DNA of 63,567 nt, filler included, from Chiloscyllium plagiosum (Eukaryota), in assembly GCF_004010195.1 (NCBI RefSeq). It is 4 parts of one record of this genome, joined end to end, with 100 filler letters (N's around TTAATTAATTAA, not from the genome) between each part and the next. Parts side by side here need not be neighbours in the genome. Positions count along the whole stretch, not along the records: positions 1 to 31,022 come from NC_057717.1; 3 more parts are not named here. One strand, given 5' to 3'. Position numbers and translations under genes: made by a program. This document shows positions 12,640-25,200 of this stretch, in pieces. The notes under the pieces are model-generated. The model was not told the DNA's origin. It was given only the letters and a program-made list of their open reading frames with translations, and made no database searches. Each line of letters opens with the position of its first letter. The first letter of the stretch is position 1.

Positions 12640-15430
12640 TAAAGGGAACTAAGGGGCAAGTTTTTTCATGCAATGATTGGTGCGTGTATAGAAACAGCTG
12701 TGAGAGGAATTGATGGATGCTGGTCCCATTCCAAATTTTAAAAGACATCTGGATGGGTATAAAAATAGGAGGGGTAGGAAGGATATAGGCCAAGTGCTGA
12801 CCAATGGGAATAGATTAACTTGTAATATCTGGTCGGCATGGACGAGTTGGACCAAAGAGTCTGTTTCCGTGCTGTACATCTCACTGACACGACGACGTTC
12901 TGACTGTATGCCATGAAATACGGTCAGATGGCATAAAATCTGTGTGGGCAGAATTGAGAATCCGCAAAGTTTTAAAAAAGAAACATATTTGGCGTTATGT
13001 ACAGGCTTCCAAGGAGTCGTCAGGAGCTGAGGCATAATATACCCTGGGAGATAGAAAAGATGGGTCAAAAAGAGAAGTACAGTGATTGTGGGCGATTCTA
13101 ATATGCGGGAGGACTGGGAAAATCAGGGTGGTAGTGGTTCACAATAGAAGTATCTTTTGGAATATCTACGATAGGGCTTTTTGGAACAGCTTGTTGTAGA
13201 GCCCGCTTGGGAACAGGCAATACTGGATTTAGTGTTGTGCAATGAGGCAGACTATTTAAGGGATCTTAAGGTGAATGAACTTGTAGGAAGCAGTGATCAT
13301 AATATAACTGAATTTATTCATCAATTTGAGAGGGAGAAGATAGAATCAGAGGTAACGGTATTACAGCTGAATAAAGGCAAATACAGAGGCATGAGGGAGG
13401 AGCTGGGTAGAATTGACTGGGAGAGTGACCAGCAGGAAAAACAGTCAAACAGCAATGGCAGGGGTTTCTGGAAGTAATTCAAGAGACACAACAGAGACTC
13501 TTCCCGAGCAAAAAAGGAAGCATACTACAGGGAAAATGAAGCAACCATGACTAGAGAAGGCAGGGACAGTATAAAAGCAAAAGAGTAAGCGTACAATGCG
13601 ACAAAGGGCAGGGGAAAACCAGACGATTTGGAAGATCAGATAGGGCATCAAAGTATGGAGGGAGGACATTAAGTATGAGGGTAAACGTGCCAGTAAAATA
13701 AACAAAATTGTAAGATTTTCTTTAGATATATAACGGACAAAGGCGAGACAAAGTGGATATTGGGCCGCTGGAAATGGCACAGGAGAGACAGTAGCGGGGA
13801 ACAAAGAAATGACTGAGGATACGAATACTTTCCCACAACTTCAAGTGTGTGAAGGGGCAGAGCTGAGCATGTCACCCATCGCCAAAGCAAAAATGGTAGA
13901 AAAACACTGAATGTGTTGAAGCTGGTTAAATCACCTGGACCAGAAGAAGTATACCACAGAGTTCGAAGGGAGAAAGCTAAGCGGTACTGGAGGCGTTAAT
14001 GATGATCTTTCAGGAATCTTTAGAATTATGGCATACCCCAGAGGATTGGAAAAGAACTAACGTAAAATCTTTGTTTAAGAATGGAATAAACCAGAAGACA
14101 GAAAAGTACAGACCAGTTAGCCTAATCTCAGTCGGTGGGAAGATCTTGGAATCGACTGGGAAGCCTGGGATTTCTAAATATTTGGAGTTGTATGGTAATA
14201 AAGGGCAAACTCTGCGTGGTTTCAATCAAGGGAGTTCATGCCTAACACATCTGCTATAATTCTTTGAGGAAGTAACGAGCAGCTTGGACCAAAGACAGCC
14301 GATGCATTTTATCTACTTGGACCTCGAGATGGCCTTTGACAAGTGCCACACAGGAAGCTATTGATTAAGATAAGGGCCCATAGTGTTAGAGGCAAGCTGC
14401 GAGCATGGATAGAAGTTGGCTGCTTGGCATAAAGCAGATAGTGGGGATAACATTATCCTTCTCACGATGGAAGCAGATGACAAAATGTGTTCCACAAGAC
14501 TCAGTGTTGGGACAATATTTCACTCTGTACATTCATGGTGTAGAGGGCATTTTCGCTAAGTTTGCAGACATTACAAAAATATTTAGAGAGACAGGTAGCA
14601 CTGAGGAGGCGGACAAGCTGCAGAATGATTTGGACAGCTTAGGAGATGGAAAACGATGTGGCAGATGGAGTAAAACATGCACTACTATGAAGTTATGCAC
14701 TTTGGTAGGAAGGATAGAGACGTGGAAACGTTTCGAAATTGGGAGAAAATGCAGAAGCCTGAAGTGCAAAGAGACTTGTTGAGTTAATATTTCGGAAGGC
14801 AAATACAATGAAGGGATTTATTTCGACAGGAATTGAATATAAAAGCAGGGATGTACGTCTAAGGCATAAAACACTCTGGTCAGGTCACATTTGGATTTCT
14901 GTGTGCAGTTTTGGGTCCTTTATCTCAGCAAGAATCTACTGGGCTTGGAGCCTGTTCAGAGGAAGTTCACCAGAATGGTTATAGGAATGAAAAGCTTAAC
15001 ATATGACGAATGCTTGAGGATTCTGGATCTATACTCGATGAAGTTTAGAAGGATGAGAAGGAATCTAATTGAAACTTACAGAATACTGAATGACCTGGAC
15101 AGAGTGGATTTTGGGAAAATTTGTCCTTTGGAACGGATCCGAGGCACAGCCACGGATTACAGGGAAGACCTATTTTAAAACAGATTTCAGGAGAAGCTTC
15201 TTCAGCCAGAGTATTGTTAGCCTATGAAATCCACTGCCACAGAAGGTTATGGAGGCCAGGCCATTGAGTACATTTAATCCTGTATAGGATAGGTACTCGA
15301 TTGTAAAGGGGAACAAGAGTTATGGGGACAATGGGGTTGAGAAACTTATCTCCTTTGATTGAATGTTGGAGCAAATTCGATTGGCTCAATGGCCTGGTTT
15401 CTACGCCTATATCATCTGCTCGTATGGTCT
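12640..15430 (+). mobile_element. CR1 remnants: 3' fragment (12640-12910) plus an older ORF2 copy
   Basis: ILDLVLCNE...GSSDHN, KYRPVSLISVGGKILES, VPQDSVLG...KFADITK, FCVQFWVLYL. Confidence 0.88.
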
Positions 15431-16079
15431 CTAAGAATATTGGTTATCCTCAGTCCTCATTGTAGATTTATACTTGAATCTTATCTTCATATGATTTATA
15501 AAGAGGAACGTTGCATTATGGATGACTGGGCAATATCATGTTCACTCACCCTCGTCTCATCAGCCATGTCCCCCAATTCTGTTTGTTTTCTGTCTCCTCC
15601 CCAATGCCATAAGCATACTTTTATTACAGTTCAATAAGTGATACTTCATCACAGTTACTTGACATCAATAAGATCAACAGCATGACCCTCACCTGCCCTT
15701 TCCAATCCTGGAATAACAATCTAAATTGCATTTGTCAGGGACAATTTTCTGTTGAGATATCCATGCCGTTTGTCTGTTATAATCCTATGTTGTCTTCGGC
15801 ACATTTTCCTGTCAGATTATCGACAATCAAAGTTCTCTCAATGCTTTATTGATATTGTAATGACTGATCACGAGTTGCAGGCTGTACGATTCCAATTATA
15901 AACAGAGAAACTCGTTTATGTTCTGACAATCCTCTGTCATTACTCCCACATCCAAATCAGATTGAATGATAACACACAATCAATCTACCATCTCCACCAT
16001 TCCTTCCTGCTGTCACCGTCACATATCCCATTCAGAATGTGTAAATTTTAAAAAGTTATTTTCAATGTTAATAATAACA

Positions 16080-16280
16080 GTATTGCATTGAAAGGGGTTA
16101 AATGGAGCTATTTGCTCTGTGAATGTGAATAATGTCCGTCTCTGTGGATTCTATATGTATCACTGGAGGATTAGCCTCTTCTTTAAATTAGGACTCGGTT
16201 CAATGTGTTATCCCATAGTATGAGGGGAAGCATCGCTAACAGCACTAACAGGGATCAGCAGCTGCAGACAGAGAAGGAGG
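16080..16280 (+). promoter_or_regulatory. Putative promoter/5' UTR block of the GPR139-like exon
   Basis: Non-TE sequence conserved with 21455-21650 (GAAAGGGGTTAAATGGAGCT..., TCACTGGAGG...CCTCTTCTTTAAAT), directly upstream of both exon copies; function is inferred. Confidence 0.45.
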
Positions 16281-16448
16281 AGAGATCAGAATCTGACAAC
16301 ATTAGACTGGAACGTTCCGACATTTGATCAAAAACTGAGAACATTTGACCGGAATGATTCAACATTGGATAAGAATCTGAGAACATTAGAATGGAATGTT
16401 CCAAGAATGGATCAGAATCTGAGAACAATAGACTGGAATGTTCCAACA
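16281..16448 (+). repeat. Four 42-nt tandem units (each a diverged 21-nt dimer) reading MDQNLRT/LDWNVPT
   Basis: Units start at 16281, 16323, 16365 and 16407, in frame with the downstream exon. Confidence 0.9.
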
Positions 16449-16581
16449 ATGGACAGGAGTTTATTCTTGGGTCTTTACTTTGTTTCTCAGCCTTGGATAT
16501 CATTAGTATCACAGATCAAAGATATCCTTTGGATTATGCAAGGTGGTTATTATCCCATCCTCGCTATAGTTGGTGTTCCTA
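16407..16581 (+). CDS. First coding exon of a GPR139/GPR142-like class A GPCR (N-terminus and first half of TM1)
   Basis: MDQNLRTIDWNVPTMDRSLFLG...IMQGGYYPILAIVGVP ends at a phase-1 GTAAGT donor (16582); matches the YYxxLxxxGxP|xN TM1 motif and intron position of GPR139; exon 2 not found in window. Confidence 0.75.
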
Positions 16582-17299
16582 GTAAGTCATTCTCTTTGTC
16601 TATTAAACCGGGTTGAACTGTGGTTCTGCTCATGATAGCTAAATTTTGGAAAAGGGGAGGTCAGCGTCTTCACTTCCAACTAAAAATCCGTCCCTGATAA
16701 ATTCTATAAAGTAAGTTACTATTCCTGAATTACTCAATGATATGTGAGAATGAGCCAGACTGTTCTCAGACACCATAATCCTTCTAGCCCTCTGCAGATC
16801 TACATTTCCATAAACTTCAAACTCACAAATCCTGCCCAGTACCACCATTACGATGTGCCGGTCTACTCGTCAGCCTCAGTGCAACTTCTGAATAAACTTC
16901 AGATTGTGGGCCCTTGTGAAGTCTGGATTCATCTGTTTCAAGTCCCTTCTAACCACATGTCCATTAAAAGATAATTGCACTTGAGATGTTTAACTTGCTC
17001 TCTCCATAGAATCTGTCAGACATAAAGATAGTGCATGCTGCTCAAATCATTGACTCTTAATCTAGAGGCACCGAATAATAACCTGTTGATGTCTCATGAA
17101 GCAAGGTGATGGAATTTAAGTGAAACTATCATAATTTGTAATAGACAGAAGCCTATCTGCTTGCCTCATGTCGTTCAGAGAAGGCAATGGGTCATCCTGC
17201 CCTGGTCAGGACTGTGCTTGAATGCAAATCCACAGCAATGTCCTTTACTCTATACTGTCCTCTGAAACAGCTAAACCAGCCACTATTTTCAAGATCGGC

Positions 17300-18325
17300 A
17301 TTTGGACAAACGTATGAATGGGTAATGTTTTGAGCAAATGGGCCAAATACAAGCAGATTAGACTAGTTTAGTTTGTAAAACTGCGTCAGCGTGGACAAGT
17401 TGGGCCAAAGATTCTGTTTGTGCGCGATATGACTGTATGAATCTAGAAAGGAAGAAAATAAATGATATAAGCGAAGTGGTAAGAAATAAATGTAAAAACA
17501 AGCATCACGAGCTTTTCCATGCATATAAAAAGAAAGTTCAAGATCAGTGTGTAGATAAAAATGAAGTCAGGAAAGCATATTGAGGACATTTGGAGGGTGT
17601 GATTGCAGAATTGGATAGAGGGAACAGGCAGATATTTTACACCAGTATTTGACATCGTTCATCATAGGGAAGGTACTGCAAGTATTTCAGTGACATAATC
17701 AAAATGGTACTAGGAGAGAAATTCATGAACTGTCTCTCTCAAAAGAAATAAGATATTTAACAAACAGCTAAGACTAAGAATTGACAGGTCGGCAGTAATT
17801 CATCGTTTTAAAAGATATGTTTACAGAGAGACTGGCGGCACTGTGTGAAATATTCCATAACCCTCTGGATTCCATGAATGTTCCAGCGAGATTGGAGACA
17901 ATCCAATGTGGCGAATGTTTTCAAGAAAGGAGCGAGACTGAACGCAGGAACCATTTAGCCGAATAATTATTGCTGGGTATCTGCTAGAGTCTGTTATAAA
18001 GGAAGGAATTGCAGGGCATTTAGTAAAGCTTCATACAAGGGGATCTATATTTTGCCTGTAAAATCATGCAAAGTTTTTCTGGGGATCCTTGAGAATGTAA
18101 TGGAGACTGGCAGACACGTGGCTTTCCAGAGATTTTCCACAAGGTATCACAATAAAAAGGTTTTTACACCAGACAGATGGCATTTGCACGGAAAGGCGAT
18201 TGGTTAACACATAGAAATTAGAGGTACAGGATCATCGACCTTTATGATAAAGATGTATCGATTGGAGCACAAATATCAGTCTGACAGCATCAGTTATTTA
18301 CAATCTATACTGATAGCCTGAAGGT
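17300..18325 (+). mobile_element. CR1 remnants, paralogous to positions ~100-1155
   Basis: Colinear similarity that includes the same junction between two different CR1 fragments. Confidence 0.75.
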
Positions 18326-20011
18326 CCTGAAAAATTGAATTATTTGGAACATTATCTGGGACATTCCATAATCAGCACTCTCCAAAATATTCTATCGCCA
18401 TATGGGGGTATTGAAAAGGTGAGAGAGAGAGAGAGGGAGAGTGAGAGTGGGAAGGTGCTGCATGCACTGGTGAGAGTGCTGGAGCATGAGCCTTGTTCAG
18501 GGGATATGTGCAATAATAGATGTACAAGTAAGTGTGAGGGAGCAGAGAGAATACAGTGACCCTTATTCTGACAGTGTGTGGAAAGTTATTGATGCTTGTC
18601 CTGTATTGCTGGACATTTCCTCAGACAGCAGACACTGCACTGAGTTGAGTGAGGTGCGCTCATACCATGCTCAGTGGGTCTGGTGGTATGGCTCCCTCTG
18701 GGATAAGAATAATTCTCTTCTGTACGATCTCATCCACGTGCTCCTGTCGGTGTAATTGCCCTTTATCTGCCATGCTCGGCATAAACTGTGCAGGGCAGCG
18801 CCAGAGAAAGGTCAACCGTGTGCCCATTGGCTTTTTAAAAATGGCACCAGTGCCAGATTTATCCAGAATATCTAGGGAATCCGAACAATTTTCAGTACCT
18901 CCAACCATGATGGGTGGGAGAATGAGAGGGGCACCATGGGGTAGGGCAGGTAATTCATGAGGTGAGTTCAATAAGATGACACCAGGAAACTAGCTCGGCC
19001 TCGTACAGACAATTCCTCTGTCACACTCAGTGAAAATGGCACTGAGACAAATTATTGTTAGGATCAGCCCAATAAGTCGAAATATCTGCTGAGCCAACAC
19101 CCAGTTGCAAAGCTGCAGAACAAATGCTCATCCAAAACTCCATCATGTGAACTCGCAGCGAAATCGCGTTCATCCCTCATTCCTGGGTATACTGGCTAAC
19201 GTTGCAGGATGCTGTTGAAATATCTTCGCTTCAGCATTCTGAAACCTGTAATCTTCCATGAAATTGTCTCTCAATCTCCCTTTCCCGTTTGCACAAAGTC
19301 ATTTTGTTTTTGGTATTTCAACTGATTGCCCTACCATCTCTCTCTGGCAGGGAATTTCACACCCCGATCACCGCTTTATTATGACACAATGGAGATATGG
19401 AGCTGTAAATGGATGGGAGCCGTACATTCTTTCACTTCCAGCAAGGGCTGCAAATTTCCCCACACTGGGCAGGGATCTAATACAGTCTTACTGAACAATG
19501 TACTGGGGTTGGGTACACAGCTCTACATACTGGGAAGGTAACTGCTCCAAGTTTACAGATCAATTCACTGCTATTCACTGTACACCTCCCCATTCTGAAC
19601 AAATACCATATCGACGTTTAGAGAACAAGCCACTTGTGTGCGTTGCATATTATCCCATGGTGGACAGACCATTTTGCCCAGGATTCTGAATGAATGCGCG
19701 GGTGTGGTCTGTACTTATCCCCATTTTGGACCGATAGCAAGTGGATTAGTCAGAGCTGCACAGTAGCCCTTCCTGGCCAGATTGCTGTGTTGTACTGAGA
19801 CTGGTATGCACAGTGCTCCGTGCTGAGCAGATATCTCATCTGGACTTATGATGTCCGGGCTGGATCTGTGAGGTGGATTACGTATCCGATATTATTTCTG
19901 ACAGAGCTATCACTCCTCCAGCTCGACGCATTCCGCTGTCAAACGTCGTATTTATGCAACTTATTGTTCATTAAGTAATTATCCAATTAAAGCATGAATA
20001 TCTGACCTTCT

Positions 20012-20500
20012 TGTCATGGCCCCAACAGAAGACTCTCACAATATATGAAGAAGTTAGTCGACCTGAACATTTTCTTACTTTAAAGGTAATTGTGTGGTGC
20101 TTTGCTTCAGGTGCAAAATATTTAACATTAAGCAAAACACAATTTATTCAAACACTGTAGACAAAATACAACAAAAACAAGAGGAACTTGAAAAAATAAA
20201 TTTATTGGAAAACTCAACAGATCAATAGGTTATTTAATTACTAAACAGGAACTGCTCCAATATTGTAACATCGTGGAAACACACACTTGCCAAAAGAAAA
20301 ATTCAGGAAACATATTGTATCACATGCAGTTCTCCACTCAATGAAGAATGAACATCAAAAGACAATTCTGCAAGAAATCTCAGGGCAAGAGCGTAGCAGC
20401 CGGGAGAGACTTACTGCCTTTCAACACTGCTGAGACTCCAGCAATAAATGGCGAAAGGTAAAACTAAGAATCCTGGTTCTGTGCGAGTTTGACCATCACA
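20012..20500. mobile_element. Possible LTR fragment
   Basis: Begins TGTCATGG, A-rich body with a TTTATT motif; no clear second terminus. Confidence 0.3.
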
Positions 20501-20632
20501 CCACAGGACTAGGCCGGAGGTAGAAGGACCACGATGAATAGACACTATCTACACCGTCGATGCCACTGCAGTAGCGTCCAAAATGTGCCTAACCCCACCT
20601 AATCTCCGCGATGTTGGTAAGATAGATGTCAA

Positions 20633-21236
20633 TAGACAATAGACAATAGGTGCAGGAGTAGGTCATTCTGCACTTCGAGCTGGAACCACCATTCATTATG
20701 ATCATAGCTGATCATCCTTAATCAGTATCCTATTCCTGCCTTATCTCCATAACCCTTGATTTCACTATCCTTGAGAGCTCTATCCAACACTTTCTTAAAT
20801 GAATCCAGAGACTGGGCCTCCACTGCCCTTCGGGGCAGAGCATTCCACACAGCCACCACCTCCCTCGGTGAAGAAGTTTCTGCTCACCTCTGTCCGAAAA
20901 GCTCTACCCCGTATTTTAATCTGTGTCCCTTGGTTCGGCACTCACCCATCAGTGGAAACATGTTTTCTGCCTCCAGAGTGTGCAAACCTTTAATAATCTT
21001 ACATGTCCTAATCAGATCCCCTCTCAGTCTTCTAAACTCAAGGGTATACAAGCCCAGTCGCTCCAGTCTTTCAGCGTAAGGTAGTCCTGCCATTCCAAGA
21101 CTTGACCTCGTGAACCTACGCTGCACTCCCTCAATTGCCAGAATGTCTTTCCTGAAATTTGGAGACCAGAACTGCAATACTCCAGGTGTGGTCTCACAAG
21201 GGCTCTGTACGGCTGCAGAAGAACCTCTTTGCTTCT
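20633..21236 (-). mobile_element. CR1 3' fragment
   Basis: (AGACAAT)n tail; ORF QFWSPNFRKDILAIEGVQRRFTR; ATGTCAA on both flanks (possible TSD). Confidence 0.88.
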
Positions 21237-21648
21237 ATGTCAAAGTTAAATATTAATAAGTAAATCCAAAGTATGCAGCAGGCCTGGTGATCAGACACAG
21301 ATGGCCTCGTGAGCCCAGCAATTCCTACCGTGCCACAACACAGTCTAATCATCGAGCTTGTAAAGAGAAAGCATAATCTCTCCACCTCACACCTAACTCT
21401 ACATTGGAGATCGTCACCGATGTCAATATTCCACTCACACCAAGTTATATCAGGATTGTTGTGAAAGAGGTTAACTGGAGCTGTTTGTACGGTGACTGTG
21501 ATTGATGTGAGTCTCCGTGGATCCTAACTGTGTCACTGGAGGTTTTCCTCTTCTATTAATAAGAGGCTTCCTTCAACCTGTTATATTATAGTATCAGCGG
21601 CAGCGTCATCCACAAGATGATTGGGATCCGCAGCCACAGAGAAAGCGA

Positions 21649-21816
21649 GAGGAAGACAATCTGAGAGCATTGGACTGAAATGTGCCAAAAATGAATCAAA
21701 ATTTGGGAACATTAGACTGGAATATTCCAACAATGGATCAGAATATGAGAACATTAGACTGGAATATTCCAACAATGGATCAAAATCTGAATGCATTAGA
21801 CTGGAATGTTCCAACA
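21649..21816 (+). repeat. Four 42-nt tandem units homologous to 16281-16448
   Basis: ACATTAGACTGGAATATTCCAACAATGGATCA units; ATGs at 21691, 21733 and 21775, followed by ATG 21817. Confidence 0.9.
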
Positions 21817-21935
21817 ATGGACAGGAGATTATCCCATGGTCTTCACTTGCTTTCTCAGGATTGGGCATGGTTAGAGTTGCAGATAGATTATTCAAGTTGG
21901 GTATTATCCCATTCCCGCTATTATTGGTGTTCCTG
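21691..21935 (+). pseudogene. Pseudogenised first exon of a second GPR139-like paralog
   Basis: Homologous to 16407-16581; a 14-nt deletion near 21885 shifts IIQVGYYPIPAIIGVP out of frame; donor mutated (CCTG|ATAATC). Confidence 0.75.
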
Positions 21936-23151
21936 ATAATCCTATCTCTGTGAATTCCATAAACGATGGTGAAGGTTACTGCTATTTCAGTTAGTTATAT
22001 TTAGCTTATGCATAAACTGTTATCATCCATTTCAGTCACGAACTCCACTTCATTTCCATCTATTTCAGAGTCCTCACTTATAAAAATATAAGAAGGAAGA
22101 AAATTCTTCAGATTCTTGAGTCTTTCTTTTACACTGAACTGTTTCTCGATATTTTCTCTGCCATTAAACCTGCCAACACCCAGCTCTATAATATCCCCAT
22201 TCTCAACCACTACCTCAGTGCTGTCGTTGAATTAACCGTCAACCGTCCCTTTGTTCACTTCAGATTTATCGGCTTCAGTTCTCTTCTGACCTCTCCTCCA
22301 ATTGCAAATATTTTAAACACATACTTGTTCTTGCTTCTCCAGCTATTTCATAAAAGTGACCCCATATCAGCCACAGGACGGGTCATTGAGAGGCACAGGT
22401 TATGCCCTTAAAGGCACTGTTTCAAATCCTATCACAGCCAATGACAGAACTTAATTTCGAATGACAAAAATTGGAATGAAATCTCATTCGACTAACTGCA
22501 ATCATAAACAATCAGGATTTCTTTCATTATTTCACTTTTAGCCTTTGGTAAAGAAATTATGTGTGACTTCAGACCCACGACCACACGGTTGGCTCAATAT
22601 TGTCCTGACAAATGACCTCACAGTCAAGGGCAGTTAGTGATGGACAACAAATGCTGCCCTTACCTGTGATGCTGACATCACACGAAACAACAACAGTAAA
22701 GGTGAAATACACCAATAAACTGTGGATGTTGAAGATTTGAAATAAAATTCTCCAGCGTTGGAAGATGTTGGAGAATCTCAGCAAATATGGCAGCATCTTA
22801 CACGAGAAAAATAGATAATGTTTCAAGTCTAGTGAAGCTACATCAACACTGAAAGCAAGCGAGATATAATATCATTTATATCAGGGATAGCTGGATGAGT
22901 GAAGGGGAGGTTACTTGAATGGATGGAGAAATGTCCAGCGAGAGAGAGAAAGAGAGAGAGAGAGAAATGAAAAGCAAGCAAAGGGACTGCTGATGATGAA
23001 TTAGCAGGAAAATAAAAAGAGACCTTCTTCTAACATAACCCCTTTCCCCATATTCCTGAATATCAAGTCAATCTCGATATGCCCCTGTTTAAAGTGAGTT
23101 ATATTCCCTCTATCGCTCTTCCCTAAGTCTGGTGGTCAACTCCATCGATAA

Positions 23152-23462
23152 TATTTATGTTGCCGTTATAGTTGCTGAGAAACAGAGAAATGTAATTTTA
23201 CATTGTCAACCGCTTCTTTGGAGAAATAAACTTTTACCGTGTGACTGCCAGAGATGCAACGGTTTTTTTCAGGCAGGAATAGAAACATTTTCAACACGGA
23301 ATGTGTGTATTTATGTTGCCGTTATAGTTGCTGAGAAACAGAGAAACGTAATTTTACATTGTCAACCGCTTCTTTGGAGAAATAAACTTTTACCCTGTGA
23401 CTGCCAGAGATGCAACGGTTTTTTCAGGCAGGAATAGAAACATTTTCAACACGGAATGTGTG
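23152..23462. repeat. Near-perfect tandem duplication of 156/155 bp
   Basis: 23152-23307 versus 23308-23462; two substitutions and one T-run length difference seen. Confidence 0.95.
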
Positions 23463-23999
23463 CACTGTGTGTGAGGATTTGACTTGCACCTGTCTTTACA
23501 CAGTAAAGGCAGGTTCTGTGGATGCTTTCATCCGGTGTGTATTATCAGCTGCTGCATGTATTCAGAGAGACCAAGGGTTTGGTGACCCCACTCTGGACAT
23601 TGCATTTACAGTGTTTGGGTCCATGGAAAACAAATGGAGCCGGGACTACACAGAAGGGAAGCTCTGTACACCGGGAGGGACTGGGCACTCTACTAACGTC
23701 TATGGGATTTCCAGGAATATGTTTCTAACTGAACAAATTTCAAACGTAAAATATAAACCTTTCAAAAATGAGGTAGTCATCGAGCTGTGTCCCCTCCATC
23801 AGTATAACCTGTAGCCTCACACCAGTGACAGGACAGTGCTGGTACTCACCATGAAGTGAACTGGATTAATTCTGGAACTTTCCAGGCAGGAGTTGTGAAC
23901 ATATTTATCATCTCCGAAGTGCAGTCCTCCGAAATATTCACTGGTTGTCAGAAGCCATCCACCATCTGAGAGGAATACATTGAGTCCATCTCCCTGAGG

Positions 24000-25200
24000 A
24001 AGGTACAGAAGCAAAGTTCCAGATATACGAGGGAACAGTGTTTGCTGAAAATGAGGAACTGCATGAAACTAGAATTAATGAAGAGTATGTTTTTGATAAT
24101 TTCATCGAATTGAAGGTTGATAAGATGCTGCATCTGATGAGTTCAATCTCAGAGTATTGAGAAGGTGGCAATAGAACCAGCGAAAGAATTAATGATTATT
24201 CTTCAAAGCTGATTACATAACAGAAAGGATCCTGCAGACTTGACAGCAGATATTGTAAATTAAAACATTTAAAACAGGACGGAGAGGGCCAAAAAAAAAC
24301 TAAACAGCTGATGTCAGCTGTGAGAAAACTTTGGAATTTTTACAAGGATGTGCCAACCAGAACAATGATATAACTTGGCAGATTTGGCCTAGATTCAGAA
24401 AAGGGAAATGATCTTTGATAAACCGACTGGAGCTTGTGGACTCTGTGCATCGTGTCATTGACAATTGAGAACCAATGTGAGTAGAATAATTGAATTTTCA
24501 GAAGACGTTTGACATGGTTGCATGCAGATGAGTGGAGAATTTTAGAGTCCATGGGGAAGTAGTCGTGGAATATATACCATATCGATTAAAAATTGGATAA
24601 TGAGCAAAATTAACGGAGTAGTGTTTTGTTTTCTCTGGACGAAAGGCGTGTAGGGTATCGGAAGGATCAGTTCTTGTGCAATAGCTGCTCACAAGAGATA
24701 AAAATGATTCAGCTATGACCAACAAATACCATCATTTACATTTAAGTTTATTAAATGGTGAGAGGTTGGGAAGGGATGTTGTTGAAAAGGACCTGGATGT
24801 TCTTGATTATAAGTCACTAACAACATTCTTACGGGGCATGAAGTAATTATTACTGTAAAGGATATGTGGTCCGTCATGGAAAATTATTAAAGTACCAAAA
24901 TAAATATATCTTACTCAATGGTAATGTTTTGTTGAGCCAGTATTTGAGTAATGTGTACAGGCTGAGTCTGCTTTATAAATAAAGATCTCCATGTCACCGA
25001 GACAGTGCGAGGGAGTTTCACCAGACTGAACACTGGCATGATGTTACCATAAGGATAGAATGCAATAACTATCTGTTTAATCAGCAGCACTGTGAGAGAA
25101 TAAGAAGTTGAAACTTGATGGTTATTGACGGACCATCATTATGTCTCAAACAGGCATTGATAAGGTGAGAAATTCCATGTTTTTCATAGGATGCTCGATT
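24000..25200 (+). mobile_element. Very old CR1-like ORF2 remnant
   Basis: Faint RT-region text (TTTTCAGAAGACGTTTGACATGG, GAAGGATCAGTTCTTG, AAAAGGACCTGGATGTTCTTG). Confidence 0.5.

Noticed and set aside
16281..16448. 42-nt repeats as a CRISPR-like array
   Set aside because: Head-to-tail units with no unique spacers, no cas genes, vertebrate context
23410..23814. 134-aa Cys-containing ORF
   Set aside because: No recognisable domain or splice support; possibly an old LINE remnant
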